From: Pseudogymnoascus verrucosus
Taxonomy: Eukaryota
Assembly: GCA_001662655.1 (NCBI GenBank)
Contig: KV460226.1
DNA: 64,000 nucleotides
Strand: one strand, 5' to 3'
Part shown: piece after piece, positions 38,590 through 50,740 of the stretch
Layout: every line of letters starts with the position of its first letter
Numbering within the stretch: the stretch's first letter is position 1
Notes under the pieces: generated by a model
The model's database searches: none
Seen by the model: only the letters and a program-made list of their open reading frames with translations
Told to the model about the DNA's origin: nothing
Position numbers and translations under genes: made by a program

Positions 38590-40833
38590 ATGATCTCTCC
38601 CTTAGTGCAATGGTTTCCGACATTTGCTACTGTCGCTTCTGTGGTAGCTGTCATACTCTTGGGTCAATCTCGATCGAAAACTTGGCTCCGAACAAAATGG
38701 GGCTCGAATTTTGGACGCAGCCGTTTCCCCAACAAGCCGACTGAGATAAAGATTGAGGCCAGCCATCGGAAGTGGGAAGTCCGCAACAAAGATAGCGATG
38801 ATGAGAAGCTGGACGAACTCAAAAAGCTCAAGCAACTATACTACCAACTGCACAATCTCGAAAAGTTCCCCGAAGTCCTTCCTCAGGCCAAGAGACTCTT
38901 GGTTTTATTGATGAATGAGACAAGTGCAACGGGCCGGACACTACCTCTACATGACAGTATTTTGTCAGTCCCATCCTTCTCTCGGCATGCTCTAGAGGAG
39001 TTTCAACACAGACGTGATCGCGCCATTGGAAAGGAATGGGAGGATTATAATATTCGACGAAAAGAGGGGTCTCCACGGGAGTTGGTCCGCGACAGGGAAG
39101 AAGCAATTTGGTGGTTGAAGCAACTTTCTCCCGTCAAGTATGTTGATGGCGCTTGGCTGGGTTACATTGGCAAGGTGACCACACCATTTGCCCTCTTGAA
39201 GACGATGAAAGGGGCATGGCAGATCTTGTCCGAGGAATTGGGTGATGGTGATTTGCGAAAGAACCACGTCCACCTGTACCACAAGCTGCTCGAAACTACC
39301 GCTCCGGAGTTACCTACTGCGGAATCTCCCGACTTTGGTCACTCAAGGCATCAGCTCAACGAGCTCTCCGTATGGAAATCCGCAATCGCTCAACTACTGA
39401 TTTCTCTATTTCCGCATGAGTTTCTACCGGAGATAATCGGATTTAATCTACATTTCGAAGCTATTTCAATGGACACGCTAAAGGCCACCCGGGAATTGAA
39501 AGAAGTTGGGATAGACCCCTATTACTTCCTCCTCCACATATCGATCGATAATACCCACTCTGGCCACAGTGCGATTGCGATAGAGGTGGTTTGTGAATAC
39601 ATGAGGCACATACTCGAAAGTGAAGGACAAGAAGCTGCACAAAAGGCATGGGGAAAGCTTCAGGCAGGGTATCTCCTCTCAGCATGCCTGCCAGGAGCAG
39701 TTATTTGCCCATCCCAAAAAATATTGAGCAATGACTCCGATATTGTTCTAAATTCAACCGAAGTCAAGGTAATCAGCATATTCAGGGCCAAGGCACAGGT
39801 TGCCCATGGGTTTCATTGCAGTAGCCGGGTCAAGATTGGGTCCCGAAGCGTCGCCGACTGGCTTGACCCAGTCGCACTGGAGTCCAAAGAATGGCAGAAG
39901 GGGCTGCTCGATGCGCTCAGCTCAAGCAAGTACTGGATTTGCAAGGGTGATAGTCGCAGAAGCCGCTTTATCCAGGAATTGCAATGGAATGGAAGAATGT
40001 TTGGCTCTTTCACCCAGGATGAATACGATGTCTTGACGCAATGGGTTGATACCCTCCCCAGCAACTCTTCAATTCTGCAGGCTCTCGATGCCACGATACA
40101 GAATGACGATGATGAAAACAGCAAGGACATCCTTTCTGGATACCCCGTGTTTCAGCAATCCCTCAGTGGTTGGAGTTCGGGGATACCAAAATCTTTCCAG
40201 CCAGCCACAACCTTGTTCAAGTTCCAAGGACTCCCATCTTTGGATATTGGAAGCCGGCCAGTTATGGACAGGTTACTACCACTGTGGATCTCTCACCCTT
40301 GCCTTCTTCAAATGTTCGTGTCTGTTCCGATTAGAACCAAGAACGGATTTGTCTGCTCAATCATCAAGATTCTGCGTGCACAGGGCGGCTTCGACATTGA
40401 GAGAGAATGTCCTGCTGGGATGGATGAAGTCCAACGCACCAATAGCCTTGGCCTTGCCGGAATTGGTATGAATATGATGGTGCAACAGGGTCTCTCCCCT
40501 ATAGCGCTACCATCACTAAAGGAAATTCTCAAAATATATCCTTCCGAATTTGCGGTCTATATGTTACACTTTTCGATGCGCCCAATGAGTCACAAGGGTA
40601 TGCTCATTGGCATGGCAACTGCTTTTGCAAAGATGCATTCCGTACTATCAGAGTCTAAATCCGGCCTGTTGTCTATCCAGGATCAAGACATTTTGCGGAG
40701 GATAGCTCGTCGAGAACTAGAGGGACTTGAGCTTTGCTGGAAAGAACTAGAACACGATAAAAAAGCATATAGCGACTGCTGTGAGGGTTATGTCAAGGCC
40801 GCGGATGAAATCAAGCGCTGTTTTGAATTGTGA
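38590..40833 (+). CDS. Heme-oxygenase-like dimetal oxidase (HDO; iron-containing redox enzyme family), intronless, N-terminal TM anchor, 747 aa
   Basis: VDGAWLG, SEELGDGDLRKNHVHLY, GFNLHFE and DPYYFLLHISIDNTHSGH give a D/E, E-x9-H, E, H-x3-D...H dimetal ligand set. The N-terminus is hydrophobic (FATVASVVAVILLG). Confidence 0.82.
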   Translation: MISPLVQWFPTFATVASVVAVILLGQSRSKTWLRTKWGSNFGRSRFPNKPTEIKIEASHRKWEVRNKDSDDEKLDELKKLKQLYYQLHNLEKFPEVLPQAKRLLVLLMNETSATGRTLPLHDSILSVPSFSRHALEEFQHRRDRAIGKEWEDYNIRRKEGSPRELVRDREEAIWWLKQLSPVKYVDGAWLGYIGKVTTPFALLKTMKGAWQILSEELGDGDLRKNHVHLYHKLLETTAPELPTAESPDFGHSRHQLNELSVWKSAIAQLLISLFPHEFLPEIIGFNLHFEAISMDTLKATRELKEVGIDPYYFLLHISIDNTHSGHSAIAIEVVCEYMRHILESEGQEAAQKAWGKLQAGYLLSACLPGAVICPSQKILSNDSDIVLNSTEVKVISIFRAKAQVAHGFHCSSRVKIGSRSVADWLDPVALESKEWQKGLLDALSSSKYWICKGDSRRSRFIQELQWNGRMFGSFTQDEYDVLTQWVDTLPSNSSILQALDATIQNDDDENSKDILSGYPVFQQSLSGWSSGIPKSFQPATTLFKFQGLPSLDIGSRPVMDRLLPLWISHPCLLQMFVSVPIRTKNGFVCSIIKILRAQGGFDIERECPAGMDEVQRTNSLGLAGIGMNMMVQQGLSPIALPSLKEILKIYPSEFAVYMLHFSMRPMSHKGMLIGMATAFAKMHSVLSESKSGLLSIQDQDILRRIARRELEGLELCWKELEHDKKAYSDCCEGYVKAADEIKRCFEL

Positions 40834-41606
40834 ATATCAGACCGGAGGGTAGAAGTTTGCGATTAAATAGTTTTCAGCTCATATCGCAGTTTGATTTAAT
40901 GATATTTGCAATTTAGAGACTTGAAATGAGAAAGACTAAATGTTTCCTAAATCGCTCATATCTAGTTCAAAATTTGTGAAAGTTCACACTAAACCCCATA
41001 TTACATCCGATTACTGAAGTCGACCACAATTGATATGCTTGTGTGACCCTAGATTAAAAATCTGCTTCAAAGTCAAAAAGCTCAGCAGTCGTCGTGTTAC
41101 GTGTCCCCACTTGTCTAATGGACATTAACGTCGATCCCGCTGAGGAAGACGAACCCTTCGTTGTCCCACGCTGACGAGGGCCTGGCACATCCCTCACAGC
41201 CCCGTGACGCCTGAGAACAAAGTGCATACTCTAGTGAAACCTTGCATATCGAATGGACGGATGACTCCGAGCAGGGAAATTGATCGGTTTATGGCTTGCT
41301 TGTACTACTGCGCCTCTCGGTTTTCAGAATGTGAGTCGGATAGCCCCAAACGTCTCATTTTCAGACACGCCGTTCCGCTACCTTGACTTTAACCACTTAT
41401 GTCTCCAAGTGTGTCCGAAAGTGTGGGATTCGGGTTATGCAGTAATTCTGTTCCGAATATGACTTAGCGTAGATATAGGAGTACCCTGAGGGAAATGTAG
41501 TTGGATAGAAACTACCAGCTCAACAAAGCCATGTCTTGAGTTCATAGTATAAAGCCATGGCGTATACCCCTCCAAATCCTCACAATCCTACGTATCAACC
41601 AGCAAA

Positions 41607-43269
41607 ATGAAGGTTTCTTGTCTTATTCTCTTCCTTGGGATCTCAAGATGCTACGGGCGTCTTGTTGGTCAACCGATCAAAACATCCAGCGGCCCAGTTA
41701 GCGGCCACGCAGCGACTGTCAATTCAGATGTCTCCGTATATCTCGGCATCCCTTATGCACTTCCACCAGTTGGAAATCTGAGATTTATGCCACCGAAGAA
41801 ATACCATGGTGATAAACCCATTAATGGAAGCAGTATTGTTTGTTTTTCCCTGTCTCCTGACAAATCCGAGTGTATGTTCTCATGCCAACCTTAGGGATAC
41901 GCTTGTCCGGCCAACACACCATTCGCCGCTCGTGGCAATGATCTTAACAATTACGATATGGCCCTTGCGAACCTGACTGCCCAAGGAATTGCGACTCTCT
42001 CGGACCTATTTCAAGTCTCGGCAACTTTTAGTGAAGACTGCCTAACTCTAAATGTCTGGGTTCCTGCTGGTGGGGAACCACACAAGGCTGTGATGATCTA
42101 TGTCTACGGGGGTAGTTATACCGGAGGGAGTACTCAGATTGGTTATTACGACGGACAGCATCTTGCAGCTGAACAAGATGTTATCGTCGTCACCCTCAAG
42201 TAAGAAATCCATCATCAAATGAGCCAGGGGCAAATTCTAAATCTCTCGCTTTAGCTACCGGGTCGATATCTTGGGATTCCATGGCGATCCAGAGTCTGAA
42301 AATCATAACCCCGGATTCCTTGACCAGCGGATGGCTGTAGAATGGGTAAGAGACAACATAGGCGCTTTTGGCGGCGATGTCTCAAGATTGACGTTATTCG
42401 GTCAATCCGCTGGTTCTGCCTCAGTGGACCACTATGCCTATTCCTATGCGTCTAACCCCATCGTTTCTGGCTTCATTATGGAGTCTGGTGCGGCTGGTTT
42501 TGGGAAGGCCTTGCCATCGAACAATGCCGAAGCATGGTACAGCGTCTCTGATACTCTTGGTTGCGGCACAAACGCTACTTCTAGTCATCAGGATATACTT
42601 TCGTGTCTACAAGCGAAGGATTTCAAAGAGTTGTTTGCTGCAATCGGATCCAATAGCTTCGGGCCCAGCGTCGACGGCATCACTGGCTTTGCCGACTATC
42701 CCGCTCTTTCGAAAGCAGGCAAATTTGCTCAACTCCCTGTTTTGACTGGAAATAACGATTTCGAGACCGGCGCATACATTCCCTTATTTGCTCTCAACGG
42801 CGTCACTCAAGACCATCAATTCTGGGTTGATTACGCTAATAGGGAGTTTGCGTGCCCGGCAGGTGCACGAGCGAATGTCAGCGCCTCACATGGTCTTCCT
42901 ATATGGCGTTACCGGTGGTTCGGCAACTTCCCAAACACTCGCCTGTTCACCAACCCCGATAGCGGCGCCTGGCATTGCTCCGAGATTGCCTTCATCTGGA
43001 ACACGCTCCCTACCGGACCAGGAATTCCTCCGGATACCGCGACGGAAGTTTCAATTAGGGGATATATTCAGGGGGCATGGGCTGCTTTTGCAAAATCTCC
43101 CCTGACAGGGTTGACGAAGTACAGGGGTGGATGGCCTAAATATTCGCCTTTTGAGCCATCGTTGATTAGGTTGGCCTATGATAATGTGACGGGCACGAAT
43201 GTTGCATCGTCTGGAATTTATGACGAGGCCTGTCTCACGACCTATCCCATAGGCGATAAAGATCATTGA
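41607..43269 (+). CDS. Secreted type-B carboxylesterase (COesterase)
   Basis: Signal peptide. Motifs YLGIPYALPPVGNLRF, SEDCLTLNVW, YGGSY, FGQSAG (nucleophile), GNNDFE and AWHCSE. Two introns. Confidence 0.93.
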
Positions 43270-43842
43270 TAGTACTATAAGACTTTTTACCAGTGTTTAT
43301 CTCGTTGCATTTCTCAGTTTACTATTCGTTTGTGGAATTGGATTTTGGTATGACTTGACACATCGAAACTCGTCCTTGGGTCTTAGATAAATAACCCAAG
43401 ACGCCAGCCATCCCGTTCCACTGATCGTTTCTCTTGTCCAGGAAGCAGTGGTATCAATAGCCTGTGCGATGAAGAATACATATGTCAGTTCCTGAGTGCC
43501 ATGGGTGTCGCAGCAGCTTGATCCCCAGACTTGGCATACCATATCGCGCTTGGTGTTCGGATTATAAATTTCTCTCAGCTGCGTAGCCCTTATCAGCTAC
43601 TTTCATAATACAGTAAATATGACCACATCCCAAAACCCAAAACGAAGCATGTATAATAGTTAATGGAAGATGGCTATTGTCAATACCAGAGAAAATTCAA
43701 GAAAACAGCATCATTTGTCATTCGCGGAAATAATAAAGCCTAGCAATATTACATCACACTCGAATTTCTTGCCACCACTTCCACCCTTCCCCACTTTCTC
43801 TTCCCAGTAGCAGCATTCTGACTGCTGCTTCTATCCAAAAGC

Positions 43843-45997
43843 TTAAGGCTGTTCGTTGCCAACTGTTCCGTCCTCCCAGTCACTGAGAGGGAAGTACTCA
43901 ACGACCTCCGGGGGGTGCGTCTCATTCCCAACAACGCTCCCTCCAAAGGTAAGATACCCTTCCACACCTGGCCTATCAATCAATGAGAGCACTTCAGTCT
44001 GGTTCCCCATAACCCAAGCCTGTAATAGACGGGTTAGTAACTTTAACAGAGGACCAATTATCCACAAAAAGATGAAAACTCACAGAGTTCATGCCCCAAA
44101 CCATGTGAGGGAGAAGATGGCAGTGAATCATCCAAACACCTGGATGATCAATCCTGAGTCTCCAGGCTCTCCATGCCGAGAGTGTGCCATTTGGTGATTT
44201 TCCGCCGTACATATATAGGTTTGTAGTACTATCCAAAGATTAGTGCTGATGTTCTTGGTAAGACTCCCACCTAATGCCACGGAAGTAATTATCGGTGGAA
44301 TTCGGGGACATGGACGGGGATACATACTCTCTCCTAATGGGATGTCCTATAGAACTGCGCCATCTTGCCTCATTCTCCTCGCGGTTGTATACACCCTCTC
44401 CAGAACCCAAATCCCAATAATGGGCTCCGTGAGCGTGCCATGGGTGCGTCTCTGTCCCACCACCTGCAGAACCGGTGCCTTGGACCACAATCTCAATCAC
44501 CTCTCCTATATCTGCTGGGAAGGCATACGTGACCGGGTCCAAACCATCATGCTGGAGAGCGCGTTCCATGGATGGCCAGTTCGAACCGCCATCTTTGTAG
44601 AGGCTGACAAGATAAGGCTCGTGCACAAGACCTTCATTCCAGGTTTGACCATTTATTGTGTAGAGCAGGCCACCGCCTGGGATATCGAGATGAGATGTGA
44701 TATTGACTCTCCTGGTCACTTCCTCTGCGGTTGGGAAATCAAGTGCATTGTGTGATGCGGCAGGGTGTTTCGTGTTGTTGTAGGGGCGAAGCGAGTACTC
44801 TAGCCAGTAAGGGTCCGTTGGTGGCAAGGTGATAGGATCAGTAGCCGGGGGATAAACTTTAGGAGTCTTATCGGTGCTAGGAGGGCCGTAGTTGAGAACC
44901 GCGAAAGAGCGGGTAGGGGGTCCAAATTCGCGACTCTCCAGCTGTATATAGTAATATTGCTTTGCTGGCTTTTTAAGAGTGTCGATGAGGAAACTGAACC
45001 GTTGGCCTGGACTAACTTGCATAACATGGGTTGCAAATTTATCGGTATAAGCTCTATTCACTGTTAATTCCATTGGCAAATAGGATAGGCTGAGGAGACA
45101 TACCCTTCAGCTTCAATCACTTGGAGAGTCTCATGGCCCTCGATGGCCAGAATGTCAAACGATAATCCAGTTCCACCAATAAGTCTCAGTCTGTAAGTTT
45201 TCCCGGGTTCAACGTCGATGACGGACAACTCATCGTTGCATCGCGAGCCATCCGATGAGACGATACCACCACCTTTTCCGTTGATAAGTACCATTTCCTG
45301 GGCTCTCTCATATTCCATAGGGACGGCAAGCAATGCGTGCTCAATAAATTCATCTGTATCCGGGAAGACATCTTGTAGGAAGACGATAAGATCATCATCG
45401 TAGTGGTACGGGGGTTTATCTTTATCCTCAATCTGTCATATATCAGTACAAGAAAGCAGTGACTTAAGCGAATAGAAAAATGTTACTTACAATTAACGGA
45501 CCCGTAGCAGAGATAGCCTGGAGACCGACGTGCGAATGGTAAAAATATGTTCCGGCAAAACCAATTGGCACGTAAAGCTCATAATCAAAGAAATGGAACG
45601 GAGGAATTGGCCATTGGGCAGCCTGAGGAGTTCCATCAGAGAATGGAGCTGTTGCCATTGTGAGGCCATGCCAATGCTGTTTGATAGTTAGTTAAAGTGG
45701 CTACTGGAGTGGGTATAAGGAATCTGCGCGGAATCTCACCATGGTAAGGTTTTGAGTAGCAATATCATTGTAAACTCTAATCCAAACCGTCTGGCCTTCC
45801 GTGAATCTGAGAGCAGGCCCTGGACTTGTGCCATTGACAACCAAAATGTCTTTCTCTGGGACGCAAGACTGTTTTCTCGTCTCCTCGGTTACTCTGAGAA
45901 CAGCATCTGGAATAAAATCTGCACCATGAGTCGTTGTAGCAGCCACTCCGATCAACCCTGCCGCGAGGACTGGTATGAATGGGAGGAAGAAACGCAT
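43843..45997 (-). CDS. Secreted multicopper oxidase (AA1, fungal ascorbate-oxidase-like)
   Basis: Signal peptide MRFFLPFIPVLAAG. All four copper motifs are present: HWHG, FYHSH, HPWHAHG and HCHLLPHMVWGM. Confidence 0.94.
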
Positions 45998-47360
45998 CTT
46001 CAAAACTTCCAATAAATGGGAGGTGTCCTGAGAGAATTTGAGAAGGTTTGAGCAGATGAAGAACGCAGTGCAACAAATCAAGGCTTATATACCTTTGCCT
46101 TGCGTTTGGTTACAAGACACAACTATCCGACTCCCAAAGTCAGGACCAAGAAAACATGCACGCGGACAACTTGGGCCGGGGGGGTAAGAAACATTGTACA
46201 TCACACAATCCGTTGCGAGACAGTAGTATAGTTGCGAGTGAACCAGATCCCGAAATTCTCATCCTACGGCTGTGAAAATCTTATTCGTTTACGATTCATG
46301 AGGCGATCTACCCGTGCGGCCCAAACGTCCGTGTAGGGGAACTCGGGAAGAACCGTGCGGTTGACTGAGATTCAAATTGAAGCTTATAATTGGCTACGTA
46401 TCAGTTTGCGGGCACGAGATCCCTACGGAGACTTTTGGACCCTAGCGTATTGGTTAAAGACTCAACCTGGGTATTGTTGAGATCTGAGATCACTGCCGCA
46501 TCCGTTATCTTCGGTTCCACCTCAGCTAACATTTACGCAACTCCATTTCCTAGAAAAACAAATCCGTTTTCATCACCTGCAGATCTGGGTTACACTTCAG
46601 CTTTGTCTAGGTGCGCTATGAAGTGTTCATATTCATGCGTCTTGATCCAGAATTTGTTGATAGTTTTGGCTCAGCTTATGAGACATTCCCGGGGGGGTTT
46701 TTCCGGTGGTCTCACCACATTACACTACGAAAGCTATAGCTAGCAATAATACCCTAAATTGTTGTGTGGCTGGAACATAATATAACGTTTGCAGCGGAGG
46801 TATTCTAATATTGCTACGTGAAGCCTCAAGCTTTTATCTTTCCGAGACACAAGTCCAAAAGGGATAAGTTACTCGTTCTTAGCTCGGACGATTTACTCTA
46901 AGTAACCCTGAAGCATCGTCGTTCCCTTTTGGTGCCACGCCAGAGTACAGTCACACTAAACTTCCCTTTCTGGATAATTTCCTTCCTATCTAAGAAATCC
47001 ACGCTAAGCCGTACTCGTAGCTACTTTTGCAACTAAATTGTCCTATTTTGATGTGGTTCAGGGATATCCTAGTGAGTGCCCCGTTGGCTCCCGGATGGTA
47101 CCCGCGGTGGGGCTTCAGCCTAACTTTATGTCCCCGCTCGGGATGCTGACCCGATTAAAGAATGGGGACAGCTTTTGGTGTTTTCCCCTACCTTGACACA
47201 CCCCAATCCCGAAGCACCCGAAGCACGTGAGGGGTGGTGGCAGCCAGATTTTCGCGGAATTCTCAGTATCCGTATCAATGGCCATTCCAGCAAGAACTCA
47301 AGCTGGATCAACTCTCGATTGTTCTTACGCTGTCTCAACGTTCGACCGCCAATCGCCATT

Positions 47361-49047
47361 ATGGCTCTCCAGCTCTGGGAGGTTTGCATCTCAGCATTTT
47401 GCTTGGGCTGGCTGGGTTTATTTGTTTACAGAGCAGCATTAGCACCCTTGTCAAAACTTCCTGGGCCATGGTACAGCCGATTCTCTGATGCGATTCTCAT
47501 GTACAAAGAATTCACAGCTCATCGTCGAGTGTATATTCACGAGTTGCACAAGAAGTTTGGGCCTGTTGTTCGATTGGGTCCCAATGAGGTATCTTTTACG
47601 TCCGTGGAAGCTCTGAAGGAGATATACCAGAGTGGCGGGAGCGGATATGACAAGACTGAGTTTTACAACTTGTTCATACAGTATGGAATAAGGTGGGTAG
47701 TTGTAACGTATTGGGTCAAGGATCTGGTTAACTAAAGAAAAAGGACAACGTTCTCAACGCTGCAGAAACGAAAAGTGAGCTGCCTTTCAACCTTCATACA
47801 ATTCCCCCACTGACGAAAGCATAGCATGATCAAATGAAACGCTACATCGCGGGATCATATGCCAATACAAGCATTATGCATCCCGAGGTCGTAGATGGTA
47901 TTCAAGAACGAGTAAGGGCATTCTTAAGACAATGCGAAGAAGCAGAAAAGCCAGCCATAGATTTCTACGTAAGAATCGCCAATTGCACTTTCAGTGACAA
48001 CAAAATTGACTTGACTGGTGTAGGTTTATCTGCATTGTTTTGCCATGGATTGTGCCTCGTTCCATTTGCTCCATCCTCACGGAACCAAATCAATTGAGGG
48101 TAGAGATCTCCATTTGATGGAAGAGTATTCATTTGGCGACACATTGAGAAGTTCGTAGTCTCAAATCCTTCACGAGAAGCAGTTCTAACAGTATGGCAGA
48201 AAAGTTACTTCGATACCGTTTGCCAACTATGACACGTTGGCTGGATGAGACCTTCAAACAGAAATTGGAGTCGAAAATCGGCCAGTACGTAATAACGGCA
48301 TGCGAACAGACTGATTCCGGAGACCACAGTCTGGCGTACAAACTTAAGAATAGTAAGGCGGAATTCCAGCAAATGCAAGTCGCTGCGGAGTGCATGAACC
48401 ATCTTGCAGCGGGTATTGATACAACAGGTGACGCTTTGTGCTTCTTGATACATCAATTATCTCTACCCGGGAGTCACCACATCCAAGACAAACTTATTGC
48501 TGAACTTTCTTCCAACAAAGATAAAGCTCTTGATGACCTGCCATACTTGGAAGCAGTCATCAAAGAGGGTCTGAGGTGTTTCCCTCCCATTCCAATGTCA
48601 CAGCCGCGGTGTGTCCCCTCTGCTGGCCGCGTCATCGACGAATATTTTATTCCTGCAGGGGCTATCGTCAGCTGTCAGGCTTGGAGTGTCCATCAGTTAA
48701 ACCCGCATATTTTTGATCGGGGTGATCAATTTATCCCAGAAAGATGGCTTGATTCGAAGGCCGCCATTGAGATGAACAGGCTGTTTTTCTCATTTGGGGC
48801 TGGTGGGCGATCTTGCACAGGCAGACAGTATGTTTGCGACTTCCACTAACAGAACACTTACTAACAGAATACTAGTCTTGCAACGGTTGAAATGAAATGC
48901 CTGCTTCGTGAACTATATTCTCGATACAGGACTAGAATTGCCCCGGAAATGAAAGGGAGCATGGAATTGTATGACCAGGCAATTTCTACTCGGCCTTTCG
49001 ATCAGACTTGCTTATTGGTCCTTGAATCTATACCGCTGGAGCCCTGA
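47361..49047 (+). CDS. Cytochrome P450 monooxygenase
   Basis: N-terminal TM segment followed by PLSKLPGP. Motifs GPVVRLGPNEVS, AGIDTT, EGLR, PERW and the heme motif FGAGGRSCTG. Confidence 0.95.
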
Positions 49048-49308
49048 GTCCTCTACTGTGGGTTTGGAAAGCGGTTGACATGGCATATTAGCTTGTAGAC
49101 ATGAACGCGCGAAATAGACTGCGTCAGATATATAGAATCAATAGATCGGTCAAAAGGTTGATGTTAACAATTTGCATAATGGCCTTCTTTCTCGAGACTA
49201 TAACAAATGGTTACCATATTTTTAATTTAATATAATACGTATTTGCATCTCTTTCAATTCACGCAAAGACTTATGCCGAGATAATTCATCATTCACAATT
49301 GTATGCCC

Positions 49309-50740
49309 CTAATCTATCTGACACTCGATACAGGCCTCTGGTTCGCTCCCTCTCCAGATCTTCTTGATTCCCAAGCCACTCCTTGCAAGTAGTTTCCTCC
49401 ACTGACTTTCAGTCCTCTCCATCCCCCCCATTGGAAACATCGTGATATCCATAATTGCCTCTTGCATTGTCCCGTTCGAGTCTGGCAACACCACATCAAC
49501 CAACAGCAATTTGCTTCTTGGCTGCGTTTTTAACACTGGCACAATTTGCCCGAGAATGGTGGTGCAATCATCGTCACTCCAATTATGGAAAATATGGCGA
49601 TAATGATAGACATCGGCGTCTTTGACAGGTTGGGGAGTGAAGATGTCATAATTCATGAAATTTACTCCAGTTGGTGGAGTGGGCACAGCTTCAAATGTAG
49701 AAGGTAAATCTTGAACAATAAACCGTCCTTTGATCTGCGGGTTTCTTTGACGGACCTCGCCCACTAGATAACCCATTGTCAGTATTTGTATATTGTACGC
49801 ATGGAACAAGGCCGCAGCCTGCATATCTCCAGAATTGGCAAAGACGTGCTCATCAACGATTCAGACACAAAGAAAGTTCGCCTTACTGATGTGCCCTTGG
49901 CCCCCAGCAATATCCACAACCGCAATGTCTTCATCTTTCAGGTCCAACTTTCCAAGCTCAGCACCCCATGGATAAGCATCCAGGGCGTTATGTGACGTCA
50001 TACCAGCAACCATATTGAGGGCTCGATCGGGGTGGGAGCCTAGCCAGGTCCAGAGCTCCTCCCCGTAGGCCCATTTGAAAGGTGTTCCCGTCTCTTTAGT
50101 GGGCGCTTTGTACTGCTTCTCTGCCAATGTTTTTGGCATTGCCATGATCGAAGGAATGAGATCGAAGAATACGAAGTTGTTGAATGCGCGGTGGTCGGGG
50201 TGCAGATATGGTTTCCCGAGGGAAGTGAGAATGAAACCTGGGCCTCTAGGGCCCATGGATTCCACAAACAGGTTTGCCGCTGTGAGCTGACGGAATATAC
50301 GGACTACACAAGAGTCAGTAAAGAACCTCATTAAGGACGCGGCAAAAGGGAATATTCACTAATGATTATTTCATCGGCTTCAGTGGACTCCACAATTTCC
50401 GCCAGGGAAACTTCCTTTCCTCCTTCGAACTTCTCCCATAGTTTAAGTTGAGACACGATCTCAATTGAAACACTGACATTGACCTGCAACAATAGGTTAC
50501 TATATAAGCCTTTTTCCTGTTTCAGGGACTTCGCCCACTTACTTGAAATATCCGAGGCCAAACTTCTCCATTAGGCTCTTCCAAAGAATTGAGAAGCTTT
50601 CTAGCCTCGTGCTGCAGCTTTCGTCGAGCAACATGAAGGTCACCTTGAGCTGCAGCTGCTGTGTCAAAGCTAGCAGCCGCTTCATTTACACCTTTCACTA
50701 AGTCGGCAATTTCTGACGGAGACGTATATACAGTCGACAT
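49309..50740 (-). CDS. SAM-dependent O-methyltransferase (Methyltransf_2 / OmtA-like)
   Basis: Motifs VVDIAGGQGH, FIVQDLP, YDIFTPQPVKDAD, RHIFHNWSD and GMERTESQW. Confidence 0.92.
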
